Shown here piece by piece: positions 38,633-50,332 of a stretch of DNA of 64,000 bases (within the stretch, counting starts at the first letter, position 1; the number at the start of each line of letters is the position of its first letter). Below the pieces are notes generated by a model. That model was not told where the DNA came from and searched no databases. It was given only the letters and a program-made list of their open reading frames with translations. The position numbers were made by a program, and so were the translations under genes. The DNA lies in the NCBI GenBank assembly GCA_017461985.1, contig JAFTSA010000007.1, positions 68,431 to 132,430 of the forward strand. The letters are read 5' to 3'. This DNA is from Clostridia bacterium. GTDB lineage: Bacteria; Bacillota; Clostridia; Christensenellales; CAG-917.

Positions 38633-39367
38633 ATGAAAAGAATCGTTATTGCTGACGACAACGCAGGCTTGACTTTGAGCCTGAAAGAATATTTTGTTTC
38701 AAGCGACAAGTACGAAGTTGTGGGCATCGCATCAAACGGCGTAGAGGCTCTCGCACTTGTGGAGAAATTCAACCCCGATTTTCTTCTTTTGGATATCGTT
38801 ATGCCTGAGCTTGACGGCTTTGGTGTGTTGACCGCCCTTGGTGTCAAGCGTCCTACCGTCATTATGATGTCCCAGTTGGCAACGGACGGCTTTGTGCAGA
38901 AGGCTCTTCGCTACGGCGCAAGTTATTTCCTTGCAAAACCTTTCAGCCTTGAAGCGTTGAGGGCAACCCTTGACGACTTTTCCTCTCCTCAACAGACAGA
39001 AAAGAGAAGTGCAAAACACCACACTCTTGATGAAAAGATAGCCAATCTTTTCATCTCCGTAGGCATACCTGCCCACATAAAGGGCTATCAATTCCTTCGT
39101 GAAGCCATAAAGATGACTGTGGAAAGCCCCGAAATCATTGGCAGCATAACAAAGAAACTCTATCCCACCATAGCCGAGCACTTTGACACCTCACCTTCAA
39201 AGGTTGAAAGGGCAATCCGCCATGCAATAGAGGTGGCGTGGAGCAGAGGCAAGATTGAAAACATAAATCAAATCTTCGGCATCAAGGTTTATTCACCCAA
39301 CGAAAAGCCTACAAACGGAGAGTTTATCGCCCTCATCGCAGACAAAATGCTCCTTGAAGGCGCATAA
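38633..39367 (+). CDS. spo0A: Sporulation master regulator Spo0A
   Basis: Receiver domain (IADDN...LLLDIVMPELDG) plus the Spo0A-specific C-terminal domain with GIPAHIKGYQFLREAI and SKVERAIRHAIEVAW. GGAGG at 38623-38627 before ATG 38633. Confidence 0.92.
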   Translation: MKRIVIADDNAGLTLSLKEYFVSSDKYEVVGIASNGVEALALVEKFNPDFLLLDIVMPELDGFGVLTALGVKRPTVIMMSQLATDGFVQKALRYGASYFLAKPFSLEALRATLDDFSSPQQTEKRSAKHHTLDEKIANLFISVGIPAHIKGYQFLREAIKMTVESPEIIGSITKKLYPTIAEHFDTSPSKVERAIRHAIEVAWSRGKIENINQIFGIKVYSPNEKPTNGEFIALIADKMLLEGA

Positions 39368-39431
39368 TCGCATAAAAATGCGGTGTAAAGTGCCGATTTT
39401 TGCAATTTTGCATAATTCGACAAAAAATCAG

Positions 39432-39460
39432 TTGACATATCTCACTTTCGGGGTGATAAT
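39432..39460 (+). promoter_or_regulatory. Sigma-A promoter of the ABC importer operon
   Basis: TTGACA (39432-39437), 17-nt spacer, GATAAT (39455-39460). Confidence 0.6.
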
Positions 39461-39486
39461 TTAGTCATCAAAGAAACGGAGCAACT

Positions 39487-39540
39487 ATGAGAACTTTCGC
39501 ATTCTACGGCTATTATTATTACGATAATCTTAGTAAATAG
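39487..39540 (+). CDS. Candidate 17-codon Tyr-rich leader peptide MRTFAFYGYYYYDNLSK
   Basis: GGAG (39478-39481) lies 5 nt before ATG 39487. Four consecutive Tyr codons at 39511-39522. Stop TAG at 39538-39540. It sits between a promoter and a leader terminator. Confidence 0.4.
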   Translation: MRTFAFYGYYYYDNLSK

Positions 39541-39578
39541 ACTACGATAGTTTTTGTACACATTTTTATGAATAACGG

Positions 39579-39608
39579 GGACTTATCGTAGAGGTAAGTT
39601 CCTTTTTT
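39579..39608 (+). terminator. Leader (attenuator) terminator upstream of the ABC importer
   Basis: GGACTTA (39579-39585) pairs with TAAGTTCC (39595-39602, one bulge), followed by T6 (39603-39608). It lies 43 nt before the SBP start codon. Confidence 0.5.
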
Positions 39609-39650
39609 ATTAACACGACAAAAAAACAAATGACATATAGGAGAAGAGTC

Positions 39651-40619
39651 ATGAAAAAATCATTTAAACTCATCGCAATCGTCCTTGCAGTGGCAGCACT
39701 GGCAACAATCGGTTTTACCGCTTGTGACAAGACTGAAGCAGACTTCACGGTGGGCATCCTTCAACCCGTGGCGCACGACGCTCTCGGCGCAGCCAACAGA
39801 GGTTTCCAAGAAGAACTCACCCGCCTTATGAACGCCGCAGGCAAGACAGTTGCTTTTGACGACCAAAACGCACAAGGCAATGAAGAAACAATGACCACCA
39901 TCGTCAGCACGTTTGTGTCAAAGGGTGTTGACCTTATGCTCACCATCGGCACCGGCGCAACCCAAGTTGCATCAGGTCTTGACAGAACAACCCCCATCCT
40001 GTTCACAGCAGTCACCGACCCCGCAGGTGCAGGCCTCGTTTCATCAAACGGCGCAGACAGAGCATCAAACAATGTCAGCGGAACTTCTGATATGAACCCC
40101 GTTGCTCTCCAAATGCAACTCTGCAAAGATCTCGGCATGACCAAAGTGGCTCTCCTTTACACCTCAAGCGAAGACAACAGCCGTATCCAAATCGACATGG
40201 CAAAAGCAGCCTGCGACAGCATCGGCCTCAATTACGTTGTGAAGACAGTGTCAGGCATGGATGACATCATGACAGTGATGAACGACATCGGCGCAGACAC
40301 CACAATCGACGGCATCTACATCCCCACCGACAACAACCTTGCAGCAAACGCAGCAACAGTCCACGCACAAAACAAGGCAGGACGTTGCCTCCCCGTCGTC
40401 TGCGGTGAAGAAAGCATGAACAATCTCTGTGGCGTTGCAACCTACTCAATCGACTACTACGAACTTGGCAAGCAAACCGCAAAGATGGCATTTGACATCC
40501 TTATGGGCAACAAGAAAGTTGGCGAAATGCCCGTTGAATATCAATCAGGCACACCCGCACTTTCAAAGAACGAAACAGTGGCAAACGACCTCGGCTTTGA
40601 CCTTTCAGTGCTTGACTGA
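39651..40619 (+). CDS. ABC transporter substrate-binding lipoprotein (ABC_sub_bind / COG2984 family)
   Basis: Lipobox LATIGFTAC. Family-typical VGILQPVAHDALGAANRGF, FTAVTDPAGAGLV, NVSGTSD and VALLYTSSEDNS. AGGAG at 39639-39643 before ATG 39651. Confidence 0.88.
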   Translation: MKKSFKLIAIVLAVAALATIGFTACDKTEADFTVGILQPVAHDALGAANRGFQEELTRLMNAAGKTVAFDDQNAQGNEETMTTIVSTFVSKGVDLMLTIGTGATQVASGLDRTTPILFTAVTDPAGAGLVSSNGADRASNNVSGTSDMNPVALQMQLCKDLGMTKVALLYTSSEDNSRIQIDMAKAACDSIGLNYVVKTVSGMDDIMTVMNDIGADTTIDGIYIPTDNNLAANAATVHAQNKAGRCLPVVCGEESMNNLCGVATYSIDYYELGKQTAKMAFDILMGNKKVGEMPVEYQSGTPALSKNETVANDLGFDLSVLD

Positions 40620-40719
40620 TAAAAAGGCGTAAATCACTTAAAAATAAGTTTACAAACGCAAAATAATAAGATAAAATCTTAATTCAGCAACAAAAGTAAA
40701 ATAAAACAGGAAATCGTTT

Positions 40720-41664
40720 ATGGAAATTTCAGTTTTGACAGCACTCAATCAAGGACTTATGTGGGGCATCCTCGCAATAGGTGTGTTTGTGTCCTTCAAG
40801 GTTCTTGACTTTGCTGATATGACTTGCGAAGGCTCAATTGCTCTCGGTGGCGCAATCACAGCAGTCACCCTTCAAGCAGGGCTTCACCCCATCCTTGCAG
40901 TGTTGTTTGCACTTCTTGGTGGTGCAGGCGCAGGTCTTATCACAGGCCTTCTTCACACAAAGTTGAGGATTCCTCCTATCCTTTCTGGTATCCTCACAAT
41001 GACCGCCCTTTACTCAATAAACTTGCGCATCATGAAAGACAGGGCATCCATCACTATGCTCAACGTCAAGACTTTGACAAGTGGTCTCACAGATGCTCTT
41101 GTCAACAGCGGTTTGGCCTATAAGTATAGCGTGCAAATGTCAAATATGATCATCGCCCTCATCTTTGTGGCATTGGTCATCGGCGCAATCTACTGGTTCT
41201 TCGGCACAGAGTTTGGATGTACAATCCGTGCAACAGGCATGAACCCCAAGATGTGTCGCGCACAAGGCATCAACACCAACACCACAATCATCGTTGGCCT
41301 TATGATTTCAAACGCACTCATTGCTCTTGCAGGTTGCCTCATCAGCCAAATGCAATTCAACACAACCGTCAGCATGGGCACAGGTGCAATCGTCATCGGC
41401 CTTGCAAGCATCATCATAGGTGAGGCGTTGACGGGCAAGAAATTCAGTTTCTGGGCAAGGCTCATTATGCTCATTGTGGGCAGTATCCTCTACCGCCTTG
41501 TCATCACAATGGTGCTTATGATCCCCGGATTCAACACCAATGACTTGAAACTGTTGACGGCAATCGTGGTTGCAGTGGCTCTTGCAATCCCCGCAATCAA
41601 GGGCGGAGCAAAGCCTCTCATCCAAAAGTTTATTGGCAAGAAAGGAGGAAATGAAAATGCTTAA
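40720..41664 (+). CDS. ABC transporter permease (COG4120, BPD_transp_2 type)
   Basis: 314 aa with ~9 TM helices, adjacent to the COG2984 SBP and COG1101 ATPase. Confidence 0.88.
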   Translation: MEISVLTALNQGLMWGILAIGVFVSFKVLDFADMTCEGSIALGGAITAVTLQAGLHPILAVLFALLGGAGAGLITGLLHTKLRIPPILSGILTMTALYSINLRIMKDRASITMLNVKTLTSGLTDALVNSGLAYKYSVQMSNMIIALIFVALVIGAIYWFFGTEFGCTIRATGMNPKMCRAQGINTNTTIIVGLMISNALIALAGCLISQMQFNTTVSMGTGAIVIGLASIIIGEALTGKKFSFWARLIMLIVGSILYRLVITMVLMIPGFNTNDLKLLTAIVVAVALAIPAIKGGAKPLIQKFIGKKGGNENA

Positions 41665-42505
41665 AATCACAGGCATCAGCAAAACCTTCAACAAAGGCAC
41701 AATAAATGAAAAGTTGGCACTTGACGAACTGTCAATCACCATCAACGACGGCGACTTCATCACCGTCATCGGTGGCAACGGCGCAGGCAAATCTACACTC
41801 CTCAATGCAATCTGCGGAACAATCGCAGTTGAAAGCGGAAGTATCGAACTTGACGGCAAGGACATCACCCACCTCAAGGAAGCAAAGAGAGCAAAGTATC
41901 TGGGCAGAGTTTTCCAAGACCCTATGATGGGCACTTGCGCAGATATGAGCGTTGAAGAAAACCTTGCACTTGCTGTCCGCCGTGGCAAAACCCGTTCACT
42001 GAAATGGGGTATGCCCAAAAAGGATAGAGAAGTGTACGTGGAAGAACTTGCCAAACTCAACCTCGGTCTTGAAGAAAGACTGTCAAACAAAGTGGGCCTT
42101 CTCAGTGGCGGTCAAAGACAAGCAATCACCTTGCTTATGGCAACACTCAATCGTCCTGAACTTCTTCTCCTAGACGAACATACAGCCGCACTTGATCCCA
42201 AGACAGCAGAGAAGGTGCTTGCCCTCACCGAGCAAATCGTGGAAGGCAGTGGCATCACCACCCTTATGATAACCCACAATATGCAAGACGCCATAACCTA
42301 CGGCAATCGTCTTATCATGATGAACGCAGGCAAAGTCATCTATGACGTCAGCGGTGAAGAAAAGAAAAACCTGACAGTCAAATCACTTCTTGAAAAGTTT
42401 GAAGAGATTGCACCCAGCGTTGTTGCAAGCGACAAAATGGTGCTCTCCGCAGGCACAAAGACAGAGGACGCACAAGAGCCTCAAGACCAAGAGACAGCCG
42501 AATAG
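41657..42505 (+). CDS. ABC transporter ATP-binding protein (COG1101)
   Basis: Walker A GGNGAGKST, signature LSGGQRQA, Walker B LLLLDEHTAALD. ATG 41657 lies 8 nt after AAGGAGG and overlaps the permease end. Confidence 0.9.
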   Translation: MLKITGISKTFNKGTINEKLALDELSITINDGDFITVIGGNGAGKSTLLNAICGTIAVESGSIELDGKDITHLKEAKRAKYLGRVFQDPMMGTCADMSVEENLALAVRRGKTRSLKWGMPKKDREVYVEELAKLNLGLEERLSNKVGLLSGGQRQAITLLMATLNRPELLLLDEHTAALDPKTAEKVLALTEQIVEGSGITTLMITHNMQDAITYGNRLIMMNAGKVIYDVSGEEKKNLTVKSLLEKFEEIAPSVVASDKMVLSAGTKTEDAQEPQDQETAE

Positions 42506-42521
42506 AACACCAAAAACAATA

Positions 42522-42552
42522 AAAAAAGAGCGACGGAAACGTCGCTCTTTTA
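42522..42552 (+). terminator. Terminator of the ABC importer operon
   Basis: AGAGCGACG-gaaa-CGTCGCTCT followed by TTTT. Confidence 0.8.
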
Positions 42553-42555
42553 ATA

Positions 42556-42587
42556 TAAAAAAGGCACTCAAACGAGTGCCTTTTTTG
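42556..42587. terminator. Second, bidirectional terminator (serves the PFOR gene)
   Basis: AGGCACTC-aaac-GAGTGCCT flanked by A6 and T6. Nearly identical to the hairpin at 2827-2846. Confidence 0.8.
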
Positions 42588-42603
42588 TTGTGCTGAGATG
42601 AAA

Positions 42604-46167
<3,564 letters not shown>

Positions 46168-46340
46168 CTAAAAGCCCGTGCGGTAAATATTATAAACCTA
46201 TTGAACGCAATAGTCAATAAGAAAAAAACTGTGCACATCTTGAAAGTTGTTTTGAAAATAGACAGATTGGGAGATTAATCAAGTTATGTCGTCAGCAATC
46301 AGTTGATTTTTGACTTTCTCGGTGCTATAATGCAAGCATT

Positions 46341-47213
46341 ATGTCGTATATCGTCCTCAAAGGAGTAAACTATTCTTACTCATTAGGGGAGGGCCGCAGT
46401 CTAAAAGCCCTCAAAAACCTGTCTTTTTCCGTTGAGAAAGGCAGTTTTGTCGCGTTGGTCGGGATGAACGGCAGTGGCAAAAGCACACTGTCCAAACTGC
46501 TCAACGGTTTATTTTTGCCCACAAACAAATCAGGACAAGTGATAGTTGACGGCATCAACACCAAAGAAGTGGACGCTGGCAACCTGAAAGACGGTGACGG
46601 AAAGGAAATCACCGCTTTTGACGTACGCAAAAAAGTGGGCATCGTTTTCCAAAACCCCGACAACCAAACAGTGGCAACAATAGTTGAGGACGACGTGGCG
46701 TTTGGCCCTGAAAATATAGGACTTCCTCGTGAAGAAATTGTGGACAGAGTATATTCCGCCCTTGAAAGCGTGGGTATGATGGAATATGCAGAGCGTCCTG
46801 TCAGCAAGCTTAGTGGCGGACAAAAGCAACGTGTGGCAATTGCAGGAGTCCTTGCAATGCGCCCTGACGTCATCGTCTTTGACGAGTCAACCGCAATGCT
46901 TGACCCTCTTGGCAGACGTGAGATTATGTCCATCGCCAAGGACCTCAATGACCAAGGCATCACCGTCATCATGGTCACCCACAATATGGACGAGGCTGCC
47001 CTTGCGGACAGAATCATCGTCCTTGAAAAGGGACAAATCGTCCTTGACGGCACACCCAAAGAAGTGTTTTCACACGACGTGACAGTGTATGGTCTCACCC
47101 TGCCTCCTGCCACTGAAACCGCAAATAGACTTGTGGAGAAAGGCTTTGCCTTTGACACCACAATAACCAACGAAGATGAACTGGTGGAGGGCGTATGCAA
47201 GCAATTAAGATAA
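46341..47213 (+). CDS. ecfA1: ECF transporter ATPase component A1
   Basis: GMNGSGKST, LSGGQKQRVAIAGVLAMRP and VFDESTAMLD motifs. Confidence 0.9.
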   Translation: MSYIVLKGVNYSYSLGEGRSLKALKNLSFSVEKGSFVALVGMNGSGKSTLSKLLNGLFLPTNKSGQVIVDGINTKEVDAGNLKDGDGKEITAFDVRKKVGIVFQNPDNQTVATIVEDDVAFGPENIGLPREEIVDRVYSALESVGMMEYAERPVSKLSGGQKQRVAIAGVLAMRPDVIVFDESTAMLDPLGRREIMSIAKDLNDQGITVIMVTHNMDEAALADRIIVLEKGQIVLDGTPKEVFSHDVTVYGLTLPPATETANRLVEKGFAFDTTITNEDELVEGVCKQLR

Positions 47214-48067
47214 CCGACCTCACCTATATCTATTCAAAGAAGACACCTTCTGAAAAGGTGGCGCTTGCGGGGGTCAATCTTTCAATCAATGAAGGAGAGT
47301 TTGTCACCGTTGTTGGACACACCGGCAGTGGCAAGTCCACCCTTGTGCAACACCTCAACGGACTTATCAAGGCACAAACTGGCGTTGTTGAAATTTGCGG
47401 AATCCCCACCTCAAACAAGAAAAACTTGAAACAACTGCGCTTTGACGTGGGCATGGTTTTCCAATATCCTGAATATCAACTCTTTGAAGACACCGTGGCA
47501 AAGGACGTGGCCTTTGGTCCTAAAAATATGAAACTTTCAAAAGAGGAGATTGACAAGAGAGTGCGTAGAGCAATGGACCTTGTTGGCCTCCCCTATGAAA
47601 CCTTTGCAGAGCGCAGTCCTTTTGAACTTTCAGGCGGTGAAAAACGCCGTGCTGCAATCGCAGGTGTCATCGCAATGGAGCCCAAAATCCTTGTCCTTGA
47701 CGAGCCTTTTGCAGGTCTTGACCCTATCGGTGTCAAAGAGATAACTGAACTTGTCTTGAAACTTAAGAGGGAAATTTGCCCTACAGTTGTTATGGTCACC
47801 CACAATATGGATTCTGCCTGCGAGTTGGCAGACAGAATCGTGGCCCTTTGTGACGGCAAAATCGTGGCAGACGGCAGCCCCAAGGAAGTGTTTGGCGACA
47901 GAAACCTCATCAAAGAAATAGGTCTTGACGTGCCCTTTGTGGCAAGAGTTGTTGACCGCCTTGAAGAGGAAGGAATATCCCTTGACAAGACAATCCTCAC
48001 CATTGATGAATTGACCTCTGCTCTTGAGGAATACAAGAAGTTGAAAGGAGGGGACGGCAATGTTTAA
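47195..48067 (+). CDS. ecfA2: ECF transporter ATPase component A2
   Basis: GHTGSGKST and LSGGEKRRAAIAGVIAMEP motifs. GGAGG before ATG 47195; 19-nt overlap with ecfA1. Confidence 0.9.
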   Translation: MQAIKITDLTYIYSKKTPSEKVALAGVNLSINEGEFVTVVGHTGSGKSTLVQHLNGLIKAQTGVVEICGIPTSNKKNLKQLRFDVGMVFQYPEYQLFEDTVAKDVAFGPKNMKLSKEEIDKRVRRAMDLVGLPYETFAERSPFELSGGEKRRAAIAGVIAMEPKILVLDEPFAGLDPIGVKEITELVLKLKREICPTVVMVTHNMDSACELADRIVALCDGKIVADGSPKEVFGDRNLIKEIGLDVPFVARVVDRLEEEGISLDKTILTIDELTSALEEYKKLKGGDGNV

Positions 48068-48908
48068 AGACGTGTCCTTCGGTCAATATTATCCTGCAAA
48101 CTCACCAATACACCGTATGGATGCAAGGGTGAAACTCATTATCACTTTGATGTTTGTTGTGGGCATCTTTTTCATCAAGAGTTATTTTGGCTTTATGCTG
48201 ACTGCGGCACTTCTCATAACCATAGTGCTTGTGGCAAAACTGCCCATAGGCTCGGTGCTGAAATCAGTCCGTGGGGTGCTGTTTATCGTGGCGTTCACTG
48301 CGCTCATAAATCTGTTCCTTGGCGGTGAAAACGGCAGTGAGATTTTGTGGTCTTGGAAAAAGCTTGTAATCACCGTATCCTCAGTTCATACAACCATAAA
48401 GATGGTTTTAAGGCTGGTTTTGTTGATTACGGGCGCATCTTTGCTGTCACTGACAACCACTCCCGTTGCCCTTGCTGACGGGGTTGAAAGTTTGCTTTCA
48501 CCTCTCCGTCTTATCAAAGTGCCCGTCCGTGATATTGCAATGATAATGAGCATCGCACTCCGCTTCATACCTACCTTGTTTGAAGAAACTCACAAGATTA
48601 TCGCAGCACAAAAATCCCGTGGTGCAGCCTTTGACACAGGTGGCCCTCTCCAAAGAGCAAAAGCCCTTCTTCCCGTGCTTATTCCTCTCTTTGTCAACTC
48701 CTTTAGAAGAGCAGACGAACTTGCCTTTGCAATGGACAGCAGATGCTACAACGCCACCGACAACCGCACCAAAATGAAGGTGGCAAAGATAGGTCTTGCG
48801 GACTGCATTTCTTCTCTTGTTATGAGCGGATATTTTGTGGTCATTATGCTTGACAGATATTTCTGGTGTGGCCTTGTGGACACCCTTATGTTTGGGGGAC
48901 TGGTATGA
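48060..48908 (+). CDS. ecfT: ECF transporter transmembrane component T
   Basis: 282-aa polytopic protein with the conserved AQKSRGA coupling-helix motif. Gene order ecfA1-ecfA2-ecfT-truA as in Bacillus. Confidence 0.88.
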   Translation: MFKDVSFGQYYPANSPIHRMDARVKLIITLMFVVGIFFIKSYFGFMLTAALLITIVLVAKLPIGSVLKSVRGVLFIVAFTALINLFLGGENGSEILWSWKKLVITVSSVHTTIKMVLRLVLLITGASLLSLTTTPVALADGVESLLSPLRLIKVPVRDIAMIMSIALRFIPTLFEETHKIIAAQKSRGAAFDTGGPLQRAKALLPVLIPLFVNSFRRADELAFAMDSRCYNATDNRTKMKVAKIGLADCISSLVMSGYFVVIMLDRYFWCGLVDTLMFGGLV

Positions 48909-49675
48909 GATATAGGGCAGTGATTTCTTATGACGGAGCAAACTACGTCGGTTGGCAAAGACAACTGAACGGTATTTCCGTGCAAGAAAAAACTGAGATT
49001 GCTCTCACCAAAATCTTTGGCACACCCACCTCATGCACCGCAAGCGGACGCACTGACTCAGGAGTCCACGCCGAAGGTCAAGTGATTCATTTTGACGCAA
49101 TCACCTCAATCCCCACCGACAAAATCCCCTATGCAGTCAACACTGAACTCCCCGATGACATCAGCATGCTTCAATGTGAGGAAACAAGTGACGACTTCAA
49201 TGCAAGATTTTCTGCAAAAAGAAAGACTTATCGTTATAGTTTGTACAGCGCACCTCACCGCATTGCAACCCTCAATCGCAACCACACTCACATCATCAGC
49301 CCATTGAACGTGGACGATATGAAAAAAGCGGCGGAATATATTGTAGGGGAGCACGATTTCAAGTGCTTTGAAGCCAGTGGCTCAGTGGTAAAATCCACGG
49401 TTAGAACCGTGTTTTCCATTGATATTGCCGTGACACAACTGACCGCAATCAAGGGCGGAGCATTTGCCCCTGTCAAGATGGATATTTCCGTCACAGGCAA
49501 CGGATTTTTGTACAATATGGTGCGCATTATTGCAGGCACTCTCGTCTACGTGGGCATGGGCAAACTGACACCTGAAGATGTGAAGGAAATCATCGACTCC
49601 CGTGACAGGACAAGAGCAGGCAAAACCCTCCCTCCCGAAGGACTTACTCTTGTCAGTGTGGAATACGAGGACTGA
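48905..49675 (+). CDS. truA: tRNA pseudouridine(38-40) synthase
   Basis: SYDGANYVGWQRQ and the catalytic GRTDSGVHA motif. ATG 48905 overlaps the ecfT stop. Confidence 0.92.
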   Translation: MRYRAVISYDGANYVGWQRQLNGISVQEKTEIALTKIFGTPTSCTASGRTDSGVHAEGQVIHFDAITSIPTDKIPYAVNTELPDDISMLQCEETSDDFNARFSAKRKTYRYSLYSAPHRIATLNRNHTHIISPLNVDDMKKAAEYIVGEHDFKCFEASGSVVKSTVRTVFSIDIAVTQLTAIKGGAFAPVKMDISVTGNGFLYNMVRIIAGTLVYVGMGKLTPEDVKEIIDSRDRTRAGKTLPPEGLTLVSVEYED

Positions 49676-49745
49676 AAAGAGCAAAAAACAAAAAAATAGC
49701 CCTAAAAGTAGGGCAGAAAACCCTAGAAAATATGATGATAAGGAA

Positions 49746-49771
49746 GCGGACGCGTGTCGTCCGTTTTTTTG
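49746..49771 (+). terminator. Terminator after truA
   Basis: CGGACG-cgtgt-CGTCCG followed by T7. Confidence 0.75.
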
Positions 49772-49922
49772 TTAATTTTTGGTTTTGGCAAGAAAATTTT
49801 TTAATATAAAAAATTATGCGGTTCATTAAATCCGTTTGGATAGAATTCACCTTTTTCATCAAATCCTCTCAAAAAATCCTCTTTTTCAAAGAGGGAGAGA
49901 GGAAAAGCGAAAATATTTATCA

Positions 49923-49951
49923 TTGACAAATGGCGCTATTAGTCGTAAAAT
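49923..49951 (+). promoter_or_regulatory. Sigma-A promoter placed for a near-leaderless transcript
   Basis: TTGACA (49923-49928), 17-nt spacer, TAAAAT (49946-49951). ATG 49961 lies 9 nt downstream with no SD. Confidence 0.5.
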
Positions 49952-49960
49952 TTATATACT

Positions 49961-50329
49961 ATGTTAACTCTCGCGTACGTGCAAGAAAAAGACGAACTGA
50001 AAAAGATATATTCGTCCATATCCCCTGATGAAACCGTTGACGGCGCAAACTTCATCTTTCTTGACGAAGGCAACCCTGTTGGATATATGCGTGTCAAGGT
50101 GGACGGAAGCATACTTGTTGATGCTGTCCGATTCCTCCCGAAGGTGGAAATAGGAGACAGACTTTTCTTCATCCACGCCATGTTCTTCAAGTTCGGTTTG
50201 GGAGCACCCACCGAAATCAAATTCAAGGGAGAACACAAGGAACTTGTCCTTTACGGTTTCACCTACGAGGACGGCTATATGCGAGCAATCACCACAGAAA
50301 TCAATCTACACGGATATTGTAAAGGATAA
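49961..50329 (+). CDS. Hypothetical 122-aa protein immediately upstream of glnS
   Basis: Clean ORF; its stop lies 3 nt before the glnS ATG. Faint GNAT-like strand pattern (FLDEGNPVGYMRVKVDG) but no acetyl-CoA motif. Confidence 0.5.
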   Translation: MLTLAYVQEKDELKKIYSSISPDETVDGANFIFLDEGNPVGYMRVKVDGSILVDAVRFLPKVEIGDRLFFIHAMFFKFGLGAPTEIKFKGEHKELVLYGFTYEDGYMRAITTEINLHGYCKG

Positions 50330-50332
50330 AAA

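Noticed and set aside
39416-39422. Perfect Spo0A-box heptamer (TTCGACA = TGTCGAA on the other strand) 10 nt upstream of the importer promoter -35, right after spo0A
   Set aside because: A 7-mer is expected several times by chance in 64 kb on two strands; another copy sits inside glnS at ~50394. Position alone is not evidence. I mention it only as a testable aside.
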